A DNA stretch of 64,000 nucleotides from Alphaproteobacteria bacterium (GTDB taxonomy: Bacteria; Pseudomonadota; Alphaproteobacteria; MPNO01; UBA830), in contig OZ251539.1 of NCBI GenBank assembly GCA_965243135.1, forward strand, positions 4,864,001-4,928,000. Direction: 5' to 3'. This document shows, piece by piece, positions 10,330-19,106 of the stretch. Made by a program: the position numbers and the translations under genes. The notes beneath the pieces are model-generated. The model was not told the DNA's origin and made no database searches. It saw only the letters and a program-made list of their open reading frames with translations. Positions within the stretch are counted from its first letter, which is position 1; each line of letters opens with the position of its first letter.

Positions 10330-10760
10330 AGGAACGCCGCCGTCGGCCGTAATCGGCAAGCGGCGCGCCCCTGAAAGGCCTTCACCCGCCGATGCTTGAA
10401 TTGCGCGTCCCGGCGCTGGCTGCCATCCAGCGGTTTGGCCTGCAGGCTGCAGCCCGCATGGTGAAGCGTTCACCGTCCGCTCGCTGACGCCCGGCCGCCC
10501 GAAACTCCTCCGCCAACGCGCTGCTGCATGTCCAGCGCAACGGCCCCGACGGGTCGCCGTGCGTCGCTGGGTCCACCACTTCTCGAGAGCGGCCGGCAGG
10601 CCCGGTCATGTTCGGCGAGCGACTTCCGGCCGCCGTCCGGACCACATGTCCGGCTGATCGAGTTCCCCCGGCCTTGGTTCTCGGCATTCCAATCGCTTCG
10701 GCGATCCGTGCCCCGCCGTCCCGGCACTTCGACTCACCGGCCAAACATCCCTTACTGCCC
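10330..10760 (-). mobile_element. ISAzo13-family transposase remnant
   Basis: VDPATHGDPSGPLRWTCS..ALAEE and GARRLPITADGG fragments; heavily deleted. Confidence 0.7.
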
Positions 10761-10787
10761 CGAGGCAGAGATTGCCGAACGCCAAGG

Positions 10788-10819
10788 TTGCATTTCGGGG
10801 GGGGGGGGGGGGGTACGGT
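10788..10819 (+). promoter_or_regulatory. putative promoter with G17 tract in the -35/-10 spacer
   Basis: TTGCAT (10788-10793), TTC, G17 (10797-10813), TACGGT (10814-10819); AGGAG RBS-like sequence downstream. Confidence 0.5.
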
Positions 10820-10847
10820 TGTCGTGCACGGTCAGGAGAGGAATGAC

Positions 10848-13445
10848 ATGACGCATTGTACAGCTAAAGCTTGTTTGGTGATCATCTGCGGTGCCGTGCT
10901 GGCGCTCGGGGCCTGCACGTCGAATCAGGCAAAGGACACGCTCAGGGCCGAACGCGATGCGGCGCGGGCCGAACTGATGGTCGCGCGGGACATGTTGGCC
11001 CAACTGCAGGACGCCCAGAAAAGGGTGATCGACAATCCGAACGACGAGCAGGCGCAGGCGGCGCTGCGGGAGACGCTCACCGACGCCGAGGACGCCTTGA
11101 AGACGGCGGAGACAGGGGTCGAGGCGCTGCCCGCCACGGCCGGCACGGCCGCGGTACGGAAGGCGCTGGCATCGACCCGGACGGCGCTCATCCAGGTGAG
11201 GAGGCTCTATACCTCAACCTCGTCCGAGCGGATCTCGTTGGCCCAGGCGCAAGCCGCCCAGATGGACGATTTGCTGAGCATGGCGCGGGCCGCGGTGGCC
11301 CAGGCGCAGACCGATCTGGCCGCCGCGCAGGGGGCGCTGGAGGAGATGCCGAACGACGCGGCGCGGATGTTCCTGGCGACGGCGCAAAATGCGCTCGCCG
11401 TCACCCAGCTCTCGCTGTTGCCCCAGCTCGCCAGAGCGCTGGATCAGTCGACGCCGCGGCCGCCGGAACCACCGGCGCCGACCGCGGAGGAGCAGGCGTT
11501 GCGTTCGGCGCAAACCGGTTTGACGGATGCGCAGACCGCGACCGGGCAGGCCAGGACGGCGCTGGCGGCGGCCCAGGCGGATCTGGAGAAGGTGGAGGCG
11601 GATTTCCAGGCGACCGCCGATGCCTGGGACGCCGACACCACGGACGAGCAGAAAACGGCGGATCGCGAGGCCGCCCAGATGCGGAGACAGGCGGCGCAAA
11701 CGGCGCTGGCGGCCGCGCAGACGGCCTTCGTGAATGCGCGCGAGGCGGAGAGGATGGCCGCGGCGACGCTCGCAACGGCCGCGGCCGCGGCCCTGGCCGA
11801 GGCGGCCACGGACGACCAGCGGACGGAGGCCAACGCAGGTGCGGCGGCGGCCGCGGCGGCCGAAACCGCAACGCGCGCCTGGGCCGCCACCCGCATCGCC
11901 GCCGACGCCGGGTTGGCGGCGCCTCCCCTCATCCTGAACCAGGTCCCCCCCGGATCGACGGGGGGCGCACCCTTCACCGCGCGGGTCACGCTCACGCCCA
12001 GGGAGGCGGCGTTTGCTGACTGCACCGTGAACATGCCCTGCCCGAACCCGAACGGGCTGGACATCGCGACGGAGGCGGTCGCCTGGGCCGCCGGCAAGAC
12101 GGTGCTCTCGCCCGGCGCGACGGGCGAGAGCGATCACTTCCCGCTGCGGGCGGTCTCCATGCGCGGCGACATAAGGCCCAGCCCCGAAGGCGCCACCGAC
12201 GACGAGGGCGGCACCACGCCGAAGATCCCGGTCGTCCAGGGGGCGACGACCGACACCGACGGCAACGCCATCACCCCGTCGGGCAGCTACCAACGCCATT
12301 ACCTGAATCCGGTGACCAGCTCGATCCGCTTCACGCCCGACGGCATGGTCTTCAGGACCGGCGGGGAAGGCACCGTCATGAGCCTCTTCAAGCACGATCT
12401 CGACAGGTCGTCGAGCCGGGGCCGGGACGGGATCAACTCGCCGGGAAATTGGGGGACGCAGGACTCCGGGAACAACGTGATGTCGGACGATTGCAGCGGG
12501 GCCTATCCGGCATATTGCTACGACTTCAACCGCAGCGACGCGGAGATCTCCTGGGGCGCGCCCTACGCCGACCCCGACGGCGAGCCCAACTACTACTGGG
12601 CCTCGCGCTACGGGTTGAGCGGAAACCAGCCCCAGCCCGATCCCGAAGACAGCGACGGCCGTCGGCTCGCGGCCCATGGCGCGCTGGGCGACCTTCGGGT
12701 CTGGCTGTCGAACCATGGCGGCCTCGACGCGGGCGCGCTTGCGGACGATGCGGGCGACGACGCCGACCGCTACCTGTCCTATGCGGCCTACGGCCTGTTC
12801 GTGTTCACCGACTATATCGACGAGTATCCTCGGCCGGGCCTCTTGCAGGGCTTCCACTTCGGTTACGACGCCTTCCGGGACGCGGACAACATGAGGACGA
12901 CCGACCGTGCGGCCTCGATCGAGGCCACGTTCCGGGGCAGGACTATGGGGATGATCCTGCATCCCAGGAGCAATTCGGTGGGCAGCGAAAGTGCGCCCCA
13001 TGTCCTCCACTTCACCCGCTTGCGGGGCGACGTGACCCTCAACGCCTGCATCGGCGCCGGCGCCTGCACGGGCACAGGCATTCCCACCGGCTCCAACAAG
13101 ATCATGGGCAACATCGCCAACCTGCAATCGCTCGAAAACGGCATCTGGCAGAAGAACCAATTCCTCAGAAATGGGGGGGACGGCCATTCCCATGAAGGGT
13201 TCGCGATCCTGTTGGCGGAGGGCGACATCGCAGTCGACGGCAGCTACAAGGGCCATGCGGATCCGTGGGATACTTCGTGGAACAAGGGCGAGTACAGCGG
13301 TGTCCTCTACGGCCCCGCGGACAAGCTCGAAACCGCCGGCTGGTGGCGCATCGAGACGGACTCCACCCACCAGAACCGGCGTGTGGCCGCGTTCGGCAGC
13401 TTCGGGGCCTGCCAGCCGGATGATTGCCGCGTGACGGCGCCGTAG
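10848..13445 (+). CDS. large surface lipoprotein: Ala-rich coiled coil plus C-terminal TbpB-like beta-barrel region
   Basis: Signal peptide and lipobox LALGAC from ATG 10848; YLSYAAYGLF...ATFRGRTMG...GEYSGVLYGP..ETAGWW...FGSFGA resembles TbpB-like barrels. Confidence 0.7.
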   Translation: MTHCTAKACLVIICGAVLALGACTSNQAKDTLRAERDAARAELMVARDMLAQLQDAQKRVIDNPNDEQAQAALRETLTDAEDALKTAETGVEALPATAGTAAVRKALASTRTALIQVRRLYTSTSSERISLAQAQAAQMDDLLSMARAAVAQAQTDLAAAQGALEEMPNDAARMFLATAQNALAVTQLSLLPQLARALDQSTPRPPEPPAPTAEEQALRSAQTGLTDAQTATGQARTALAAAQADLEKVEADFQATADAWDADTTDEQKTADREAAQMRRQAAQTALAAAQTAFVNAREAERMAAATLATAAAAALAEAATDDQRTEANAGAAAAAAAETATRAWAATRIAADAGLAAPPLILNQVPPGSTGGAPFTARVTLTPREAAFADCTVNMPCPNPNGLDIATEAVAWAAGKTVLSPGATGESDHFPLRAVSMRGDIRPSPEGATDDEGGTTPKIPVVQGATTDTDGNAITPSGSYQRHYLNPVTSSIRFTPDGMVFRTGGEGTVMSLFKHDLDRSSSRGRDGINSPGNWGTQDSGNNVMSDDCSGAYPAYCYDFNRSDAEISWGAPYADPDGEPNYYWASRYGLSGNQPQPDPEDSDGRRLAAHGALGDLRVWLSNHGGLDAGALADDAGDDADRYLSYAAYGLFVFTDYIDEYPRPGLLQGFHFGYDAFRDADNMRTTDRAASIEATFRGRTMGMILHPRSNSVGSESAPHVLHFTRLRGDVTLNACIGAGACTGTGIPTGSNKIMGNIANLQSLENGIWQKNQFLRNGGDGHSHEGFAILLAEGDIAVDGSYKGHADPWDTSWNKGEYSGVLYGPADKLETAGWWRIETDSTHQNRRVAAFGSFGACQPDDCRVTAP

Positions 13446-13472
13446 AACCGAACCGCCCGCTCGGGCGAAGCG

Positions 13473-13508
13473 GGCCCGCCGCGTTCCTCGGAGCGCGGCG
13501 GGCCTTTT
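13473..13508 (+). terminator. intrinsic terminator
   Basis: GGCCCGCCGCGTTCC...GGAGCGCGGCGGGCC hairpin followed by TTTT, just after the lipoprotein stop. Confidence 0.7.
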
Positions 13509-13907
13509 CGCAAGGCGACTCGGCTCCGCGCATGGTGCGCATGCAGGATGCGCCCGGCGTCGCGCATATCGCGACTCCGACGTGAAGACCCGCGCTCGCC
13601 CGCTTCCGCTATTACGAGACGCCGCCGCCGCCGCTCTCGGGCCGGCGGGGAATGGTCCTCCAAAGCGCAAGGTGGCGCCACTCGGGTTACTGCGGGTCGC
13701 GGCCCTGGAATCGGCCGGTATCGAGGCAGACTCCGTGAACCAGCGCTTGAAGCGTCTGCCGACATTGCGGCTGAAGCGTCTGGACGGCCGATCCGAGCGC
13801 ACGCGATAGGGAACGCCCGCGAGCGGGCTTCGGCTCCCGAATGCGCCTGGAACCAGCATCCGTCGTCGATCTCAGCGGGAGCGGCGCGGTAGCGAACGCG
13901 CGTCCGA

Positions 13908-14633
13908 TCAAAAGATCTCCGAAAAGAAATCCCGCATCATCCGGTACGACTGGTTCTTGAGTTTCTCGTCATAGCGCAGCGCGTCGCTGTCCTGATCCTT
14001 GTCGCAGAAGGAGTGGACCGCATGGCCGAACGTCATGACCTGCCAATCGACCCCGGCTTCCGTGAGTTCTTCCTGGAGGGCGTCCATCTGGTCTTTGGGA
14101 GTCACCGGATCGGCGGAACCGTGGAGGGCGAGCACGCGGCCCTTGATGTCGATCTTCGCGTCCGGGTCGACCGGATTGGGAAGCGTGACGTGAAACACGA
14201 CCGTGCCCTGAAAATCCGCGCCGGCCCGCGCCTGTTCGAGCGCGAATCCGCCGCCGATGCAGTAACCGATGGCGCCTTTCCTGGATCCGTCGACAAGGCC
14301 GAGCTCGCTCGCCCTGACGGTAAGCGCTGCGTCGGCGGCCGCGCCGCAGCCCAGCAGGAACGGCAGATCGGCCCGCACCTGACGCGATACCTTCATCAGT
14401 TCGTCATGGGTTTTTTCGCGTTCGCCGTACCCCGCGCCCCACATGTCCGCCATCATCACCACATAGTCTCCTGCCGCGACCTCGTGGGCCATCTCGATGG
14501 AATGACGGCAGACGCCGAGCCAGTCCGGATGCATCAGGACCGCCGGCCGCTTCGCCGCCGCGCTTTCGTCGAAGACCAGCATGCCGACGAAATCCCTGCC
14601 GTCGTATCGATAGGTCACCTCTATCTCGGCCAT
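13908..14633 (-). CDS. dienelactone hydrolase family protein
   Basis: GYCIGG nucleophile elbow, HGSADP, AVHSF. Confidence 0.9.
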   Translation of the reverse strand: MAEIEVTYRYDGRDFVGMLVFDESAAAKRPAVLMHPDWLGVCRHSIEMAHEVAAGDYVVMMADMWGAGYGEREKTHDELMKVSRQVRADLPFLLGCGAAADAALTVRASELGLVDGSRKGAIGYCIGGGFALEQARAGADFQGTVVFHVTLPNPVDPDAKIDIKGRVLALHGSADPVTPKDQMDALQEELTEAGVDWQVMTFGHAVHSFCDKDQDSDALRYDEKLKNQSYRMMRDFFSEIF

Positions 14634-15004
14634 TGCGTTCCTCCCGTCCGTCGTTCGCCTCAGTCGAATATAGCGCGACTACGTGCGCTGCGATTTCCTG
14701 CGCCGCGCCCGTTCGGCGGAGAGGCTATCCTTTCGCCGCTTCGCGCGGCCCGCTCTCGGACGGCCTTTTCGCTGTCGTCGAGAATCGGCGGCAAGACGCT
14801 CCCCCGTTACCTCCGAAGGGCGGCAAGGGCGGCCGTTCCGCAACGACATGCCTGCGTTCGAGGGTTGTCGGCTCACCGTCAACGCTGCCTTCGCGTGCAG
14901 CCCTTCCGCCTTGGAAAATCCTTGGCCAAAAGAATTGTCCAAGGATCCGGCTCCATATATCGCGCTTCGCCGTTTTTCGGACGCAACCGATGTGTCTCAT
15001 GTAA

Positions 15005-15069
15005 TTGACACAAAAGCGTTTGTGTAAAGCAATTCCGCGATATACGTTACACAATCTGTTTTGCGTCAA
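15005..15069 (+). promoter_or_regulatory. two 24-bp imperfect palindromes (putative operators) upstream of the Fic gene
   Basis: TTGACACAAA-AGCG-TTTGTGTAAA (15005-15028) and GTTACACAAT-CTGT-TTTGCGTCAA (15046-15069). Confidence 0.6.
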
Positions 15070-15084
15070 ATAGACGAGACACAA

Positions 15085-16200
15085 ATGCAACCGTTCAGGC
15101 CGCAAGAGCTCCCGATCAGGGATATCGAATGGGAACCTCTTATCCCGCTGATAGGGCGAGCCAACCGTTCGCTCGCCCTCTATGACGGGATTCTGCATAG
15201 CGTGCCCAACCCCGAAGTCCTGTTGTCTCCGCTCGCGACCCGGGAAGCGGTGCTTTCGTCGCGCATAGAAGGTACGCAGGCAACGCTCTCCGAGGTCCTG
15301 AAATCCGAAGCTGGCGAAGAACCCGAGCACGAAATGCGACGCCAGGACATCGTGGAGATCGTCAACTACCGCCGTGCGCTTCTCCACGGCGAAAAAGCGC
15401 TTGTCGGAAAGCCGTTCAACCTCAACCTGCTGCTGGAGCTTCACTCGATACTCCTCGAAAGCGCGCGCGGCCGAAACATGGGGCGAGGCCGGTTCCGCAA
15501 TGTCCAAAACTGGATCGGCGAATTCGATTCCCCGATCGAGCGAGCCGAGTTCGTCCCGCCGGCCCCGGAGGCTCTGATGCCCGCGCTGGACGCGTGGGAG
15601 AAGCACTACCACGCGGAATCCCCCGACGGCCTCGTCCAAATTGCCGTGATCCACGCCCAGTTCGAAATCATCCACCCCTTCCTCGACGGCAACGGGCGCA
15701 TCGGACGCATCGTGATACCGCTGTTCCTCGCGGAAAAAGGGCTCCTTTCGCGTCCGATGTTCTATCTGTCGTCGTATTTCGAACGGCACAGGGACGAATA
15801 CATAGCAAGGCTGCGCGAGATCAGCCGACGGAGCGACGGCTGGAACCGCTGGATAGGATTCTTTCTGCGCGCAGTCGAAAAGGAAGCGCGAGCGAACGCC
15901 GACAAGGCGAAAGCGATCATCGACCTCTACGCGGATCTGAAGGAGAGGGTGCTGGTTCTCACGCACTCGCAATACGCCATTCCGCTTCTCGACCAGATGT
16001 TCGAGCGCCCGCTGTTCGGAAGCAGGATGATTCGGTTTCCCGACGGCATCGCGCCGAGTCGGCAAGCCGTATCCGGTCTGCTTCGCCAGTTGCGCGACAA
16101 CGGCATACTGGAAGTCGTGCGGGACGCCCGGGGAAGACGCTCGCAAATCCTGGCCTTGGCCGAGCTCATCGACATCTGCGAACGTGAAGAGGCCGTTTAG
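15085..16200 (+). CDS. Fic/DOC family protein with C-terminal wHTH-like region
   Basis: EAVLSSRIEGTQ, HAQFEIIHPFLDGNGRIGR. Confidence 0.92.
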   Translation: MQPFRPQELPIRDIEWEPLIPLIGRANRSLALYDGILHSVPNPEVLLSPLATREAVLSSRIEGTQATLSEVLKSEAGEEPEHEMRRQDIVEIVNYRRALLHGEKALVGKPFNLNLLLELHSILLESARGRNMGRGRFRNVQNWIGEFDSPIERAEFVPPAPEALMPALDAWEKHYHAESPDGLVQIAVIHAQFEIIHPFLDGNGRIGRIVIPLFLAEKGLLSRPMFYLSSYFERHRDEYIARLREISRRSDGWNRWIGFFLRAVEKEARANADKAKAIIDLYADLKERVLVLTHSQYAIPLLDQMFERPLFGSRMIRFPDGIAPSRQAVSGLLRQLRDNGILEVVRDARGRRSQILALAELIDICEREEAV

Positions 16201-16936
16201 CGGCAATCCCCAGCGACCGGGCCGCCACGAAGAGGTCCGAGCGTTCTTCGTCGGCCAAAGCTTGTCGATGGCGCCCATAACTCCCCGACGCCGCAACGCC
16301 CGCGCATTCGTAGAGAGGCGCCCTTTCGACGAGCGCATCCTTCCTGCGGGCGCCGAACTTCGCGGCGTCCCATCGCCAGCCAAGTCCGCTCGCCGGAGAA
16401 CTCCGGCCGAGGGCGGCTCCGGAATTCCCCGTTCCCGTCAACCTGCTCGAAGCCGTCGACGTGGGGATAGGCGGACCGGAACCCGGCTCGGCGACCGAAC
16501 CGGAGTTTCTGATTTGAACGAAAACGAACGTTCGCGATTGCGGCAGAATTCGACGCGGAGGAGCGGCAAGCGCCGCCGTCCTGTGGACGGCGCTCCGGTC
16601 ATCGACAGGCGCGGTCGCAGCCGCCCGCAGGTTCGCCGGGCCCCGGGCGGGCTGTCCTGCGGGGAACGGGTCGAAAAAACGAGAGCGGATTCCGTGTCCG
16701 CATCGACAGGTTGGACAAGACGACGTCTCTGACGGGGCCGCTCCACGCCGAATCCTGCGCCCCGAAAGAATTTCGGAACGTTCCGCTGCGCTCGAGGCAA
16801 TGCTTTCCAAAACTCCAGTATAGCCGCAATGCCGTCGCCTTACGGCAATTGCAGGCCCGTTTTTCGTCCTACCGTAGGACAAAGGCCATAAAGCAACGGT
16901 CTCGGGCATAATCGAGCGGCCATGCCGCTGCCCGCT

Positions 16937-17197
16937 TCAGCGGCGCTTGTCGAAATACGCGAAGAGTTCCTCGGCGGTCCGGCTGGTTCTGACGTGGCCC
17001 CTCGCTTCTTGGAAGTCCTCGAGGTCGACGATGCCGTCGAGCATGGCCTTCAAGCGTTTTCCTGTTTCGTCGTCGAACCTTTCGGCCGCGAGATCGGCCA
17101 AGAGTTCGCGGCTCGCGGCCCTGAACCCTTCGGCCCGCGCGTCGGAGGCAAGGGCCCTTTCCACGGCTGCGTCGTAATGTTGAGCGAATCCGGTCAT
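16937..17197 (-). CDS. stand-alone copy 2 of the Rpn C-terminal domain (RpnS-like), 86 aa, 1 heptad repeat
   Basis: GGAGGA RBS then MTGFAQHYDAAVER...ELFAYFDKRR, near-identical to the C-terminus of 17718-19106. Confidence 0.75.
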   Translation of the reverse strand: MTGFAQHYDAAVERALASDARAEGFRAASRELLADLAAERFDDETGKRLKAMLDGIVDLEDFQEARGHVRTSRTAEELFAYFDKRR

Positions 17198-17285
17198 CGA
17201 TCCTCCAAGTGCGGTCTCGGGGGAGACCAACTCTGCAGCCGGGCGTTTTCGCAGTCCCGCGGTGTCGGCCGGAAAGACGCTCGCT

Positions 17286-17630
17286 TCATCGGCGCTTGTC
17301 GAAATACGCGAAAAGCTCCTGGGCGGTCCGGCTGGTTCTGACGTGGCCCCTCGCTTCTTGGAAGTCCTCGAGGTCGACGATGCCGTCGAGCATGGCCTTC
17401 AAGCGTTCTCCCGCTTCGGCGTCGAATCTTTCGGCCGCGAGATCGGCCAGGAGTTCGCGGCTCAAGGCCCTGAACCCTTCGGCCCGCGCGTCGGATGCCG
17501 CCGCCCGCGCGTCAGATGCCTTTGCTCGCGCGTCGGAGGCTTCGGCCCGTGCGTCGGACGCCTTGGCCCGCGCGTCGGAGGCAAGGGCCCTTTCCACGGC
17601 TGCGTCGTAATGTTGAGCGAATCCGGTCAT
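17286..17630 (-). CDS. stand-alone copy 1 of the Rpn C-terminal domain (RpnS-like), 114 aa, 5 heptad repeats
   Basis: GAAGGA RBS then MTGFAQHYDAAVER-AL-(ASDARAx)5-GFR...FDKRR. Confidence 0.75.
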   Translation of the reverse strand: MTGFAQHYDAAVERALASDARAKASDARAEASDARAKASDARAAASDARAEGFRALSRELLADLAAERFDAEAGERLKAMLDGIVDLEDFQEARGHVRTSRTAQELFAYFDKRR

Positions 17631-17717
17631 CGATCCTTCAAGTGCGGTCTCGGGGGAGGCCAACTCTGCAGCCGGGCGTTTTCGCAGTCCCGCGGTGCCG
17701 GCCGGAAAGATGCTTGT

Positions 17718-19106
17718 TCAGTGGCGCTTGTCAAAATATGCGAAAAGCTCCTGGGCGGTCCGGCTGGTCCTGACGTGGGCCGTCGCCTCCTGAAATTGTT
17801 CGGGGTCGACGATGCTGTCGAGCATGGCCTTCAAGCGTTCTCCCGCTTCGGCGTCGAACCTTTCGGCTGCGAGATCGGCCAAGAGTTCGCGGCTTGAGGC
17901 CCTGAACCCCTCGGCCCGTGCGTCGGACGCCTCGGCCCGTGCGTCGGAGGCTTCGGCCCGTGCGTCGGACGCCTTGGCCCTTGCGTCGAAGGCGTCGGCC
18001 CGCGCGTCGGATGCCGCCGCCCGTGCGTCGGAGGCGTTGGCCCTTTCCACGGCCGCATCGTAATGTTGAGCGAATCCGGTCATAAAAGGCACTCCTTTCA
18101 GCGCGGCTTCGGGAAAATGTCTGGCTCCCAGTGCCGCTGTCGTCATGAGAAGATGGCGTAACGGGCGATACTTGTCCAACGGAAGCAGCCTGTCCAGTTC
18201 CTCGGCGGCCCGGAGCGTGTCGGCGCGATCGCCCCGGCACAACCGGAAATAAGCCGCCGCAGGGTTGTCCCTGTAACGGGAATAATCCGTCCGGTGGACA
18301 TCCTGGACAGCGTACCGCACGTGCGGCCTGTGGTGGAAATCCAGCTCGGGCTCCTCCGGCGGATCCGCGAGGTCGTCCGCATCCCCCGTGGCGTTCCATG
18401 GCTGCGTTCCGGTATGGACGACCGTCGTAACGATGGAGGGGATCCGTCCGGTTGGGCCGACGAGCTCCGCATGGTTCTTGCGGATGGTCTGCCACAGCTC
18501 GCTGCGGTAGCAGCCCATGCGTTCCGCCATCCTGTGGTCGACGCCGGACTGGAATTCGACGACGACTACGACGGGCCGGCGGTCCCGCCGCTCCAGAACG
18601 AGAATCATGTCGCTGCGGAGGGTTCGGCTGAGCGCGTGGGAGACGAGTTCGCCGTCGATCCTGCGGATGACCGCATCGTCCGGCACCATGTGAGCAGGCA
18701 GGATCGTCCGCAGCAGGCCTCTCGCCATGACGGGATAACCGAAAGTGAACCGGGCGATCGCGTCGTGAGGATAGCGCCCCGGCATGCTCAGCAACTGCAA
18801 GGGCGTCCGCCCGCGTCCGTCCGGCAGGCCCGGGTTCGCGCCGCGTTCGACGAGAGCGGTGAAGTCCGCGTAGTTCTCGTCGCCGGCGGCGTAGTGAAGC
18901 GGCGAGAACCCCTCGTTGTCCGCGACGTCGAGATCGGCGCCGGCCGCGGCCAGAGCTTCGATGGCGGCCGTGTACCCGCAATCGACGGCGTGGTGAAGGA
19001 GCCTTCGACCGTCCGGTTCGACCGGATCGTTCAGCCGGTGGAACAGCTCCACGATGCTTTCCGGCGAACCTGTCCTGACGGCGTCGGCGAGCGTTCGTTC
19101 GTTCAT
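17718..19106 (-). CDS. ankyrin-repeat + Rpn/YhgA-like PD-(D/E)XK nuclease
   Basis: Ankyrin repeats (LLHHAVDCG, SPLHYAAG, GRTPL); Rpn motifs HD..., RSDMIL, VEFQSGVDHRMAERMGCY, VVHTGTQPW; C-terminal (ASDARAx)6. Confidence 0.85.
   Translation of the reverse strand: MNERTLADAVRTGSPESIVELFHRLNDPVEPDGRRLLHHAVDCGYTAAIEALAAAGADLDVADNEGFSPLHYAAGDENYADFTALVERGANPGLPDGRGRTPLQLLSMPGRYPHDAIARFTFGYPVMARGLLRTILPAHMVPDDAVIRRIDGELVSHALSRTLRSDMILVLERRDRRPVVVVVEFQSGVDHRMAERMGCYRSELWQTIRKNHAELVGPTGRIPSIVTTVVHTGTQPWNATGDADDLADPPEEPELDFHHRPHVRYAVQDVHRTDYSRYRDNPAAAYFRLCRGDRADTLRAAEELDRLLPLDKYRPLRHLLMTTAALGARHFPEAALKGVPFMTGFAQHYDAAVERANASDARAAASDARADAFDARAKASDARAEASDARAEASDARAEGFRASSRELLADLAAERFDAEAGERLKAMLDSIVDPEQFQEATAHVRTSRTAQELFAYFDKRH

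Larger units (their letters stand above)
16937..18083 (-). repeat. three tandem units of the Rpn C-terminal domain with internal 21-bp repeats and a shared ~87-bp spacer
   Basis: Spacers 17198-17285 and 17631-17717 are nearly identical; 21-bp unit copy numbers are 6, 5 and 1. Confidence 0.95.

Noticed and set aside
16937-18083. Possible CRISPR array
   Set aside because: Repeats are in-frame coding heptads without unique spacers, and no cas genes are present
16937-19106. Possible diversity-generating retroelement template/variable repeats
   Set aside because: No reverse transcriptase in the window, and differences between copies are not evidently adenine-specific
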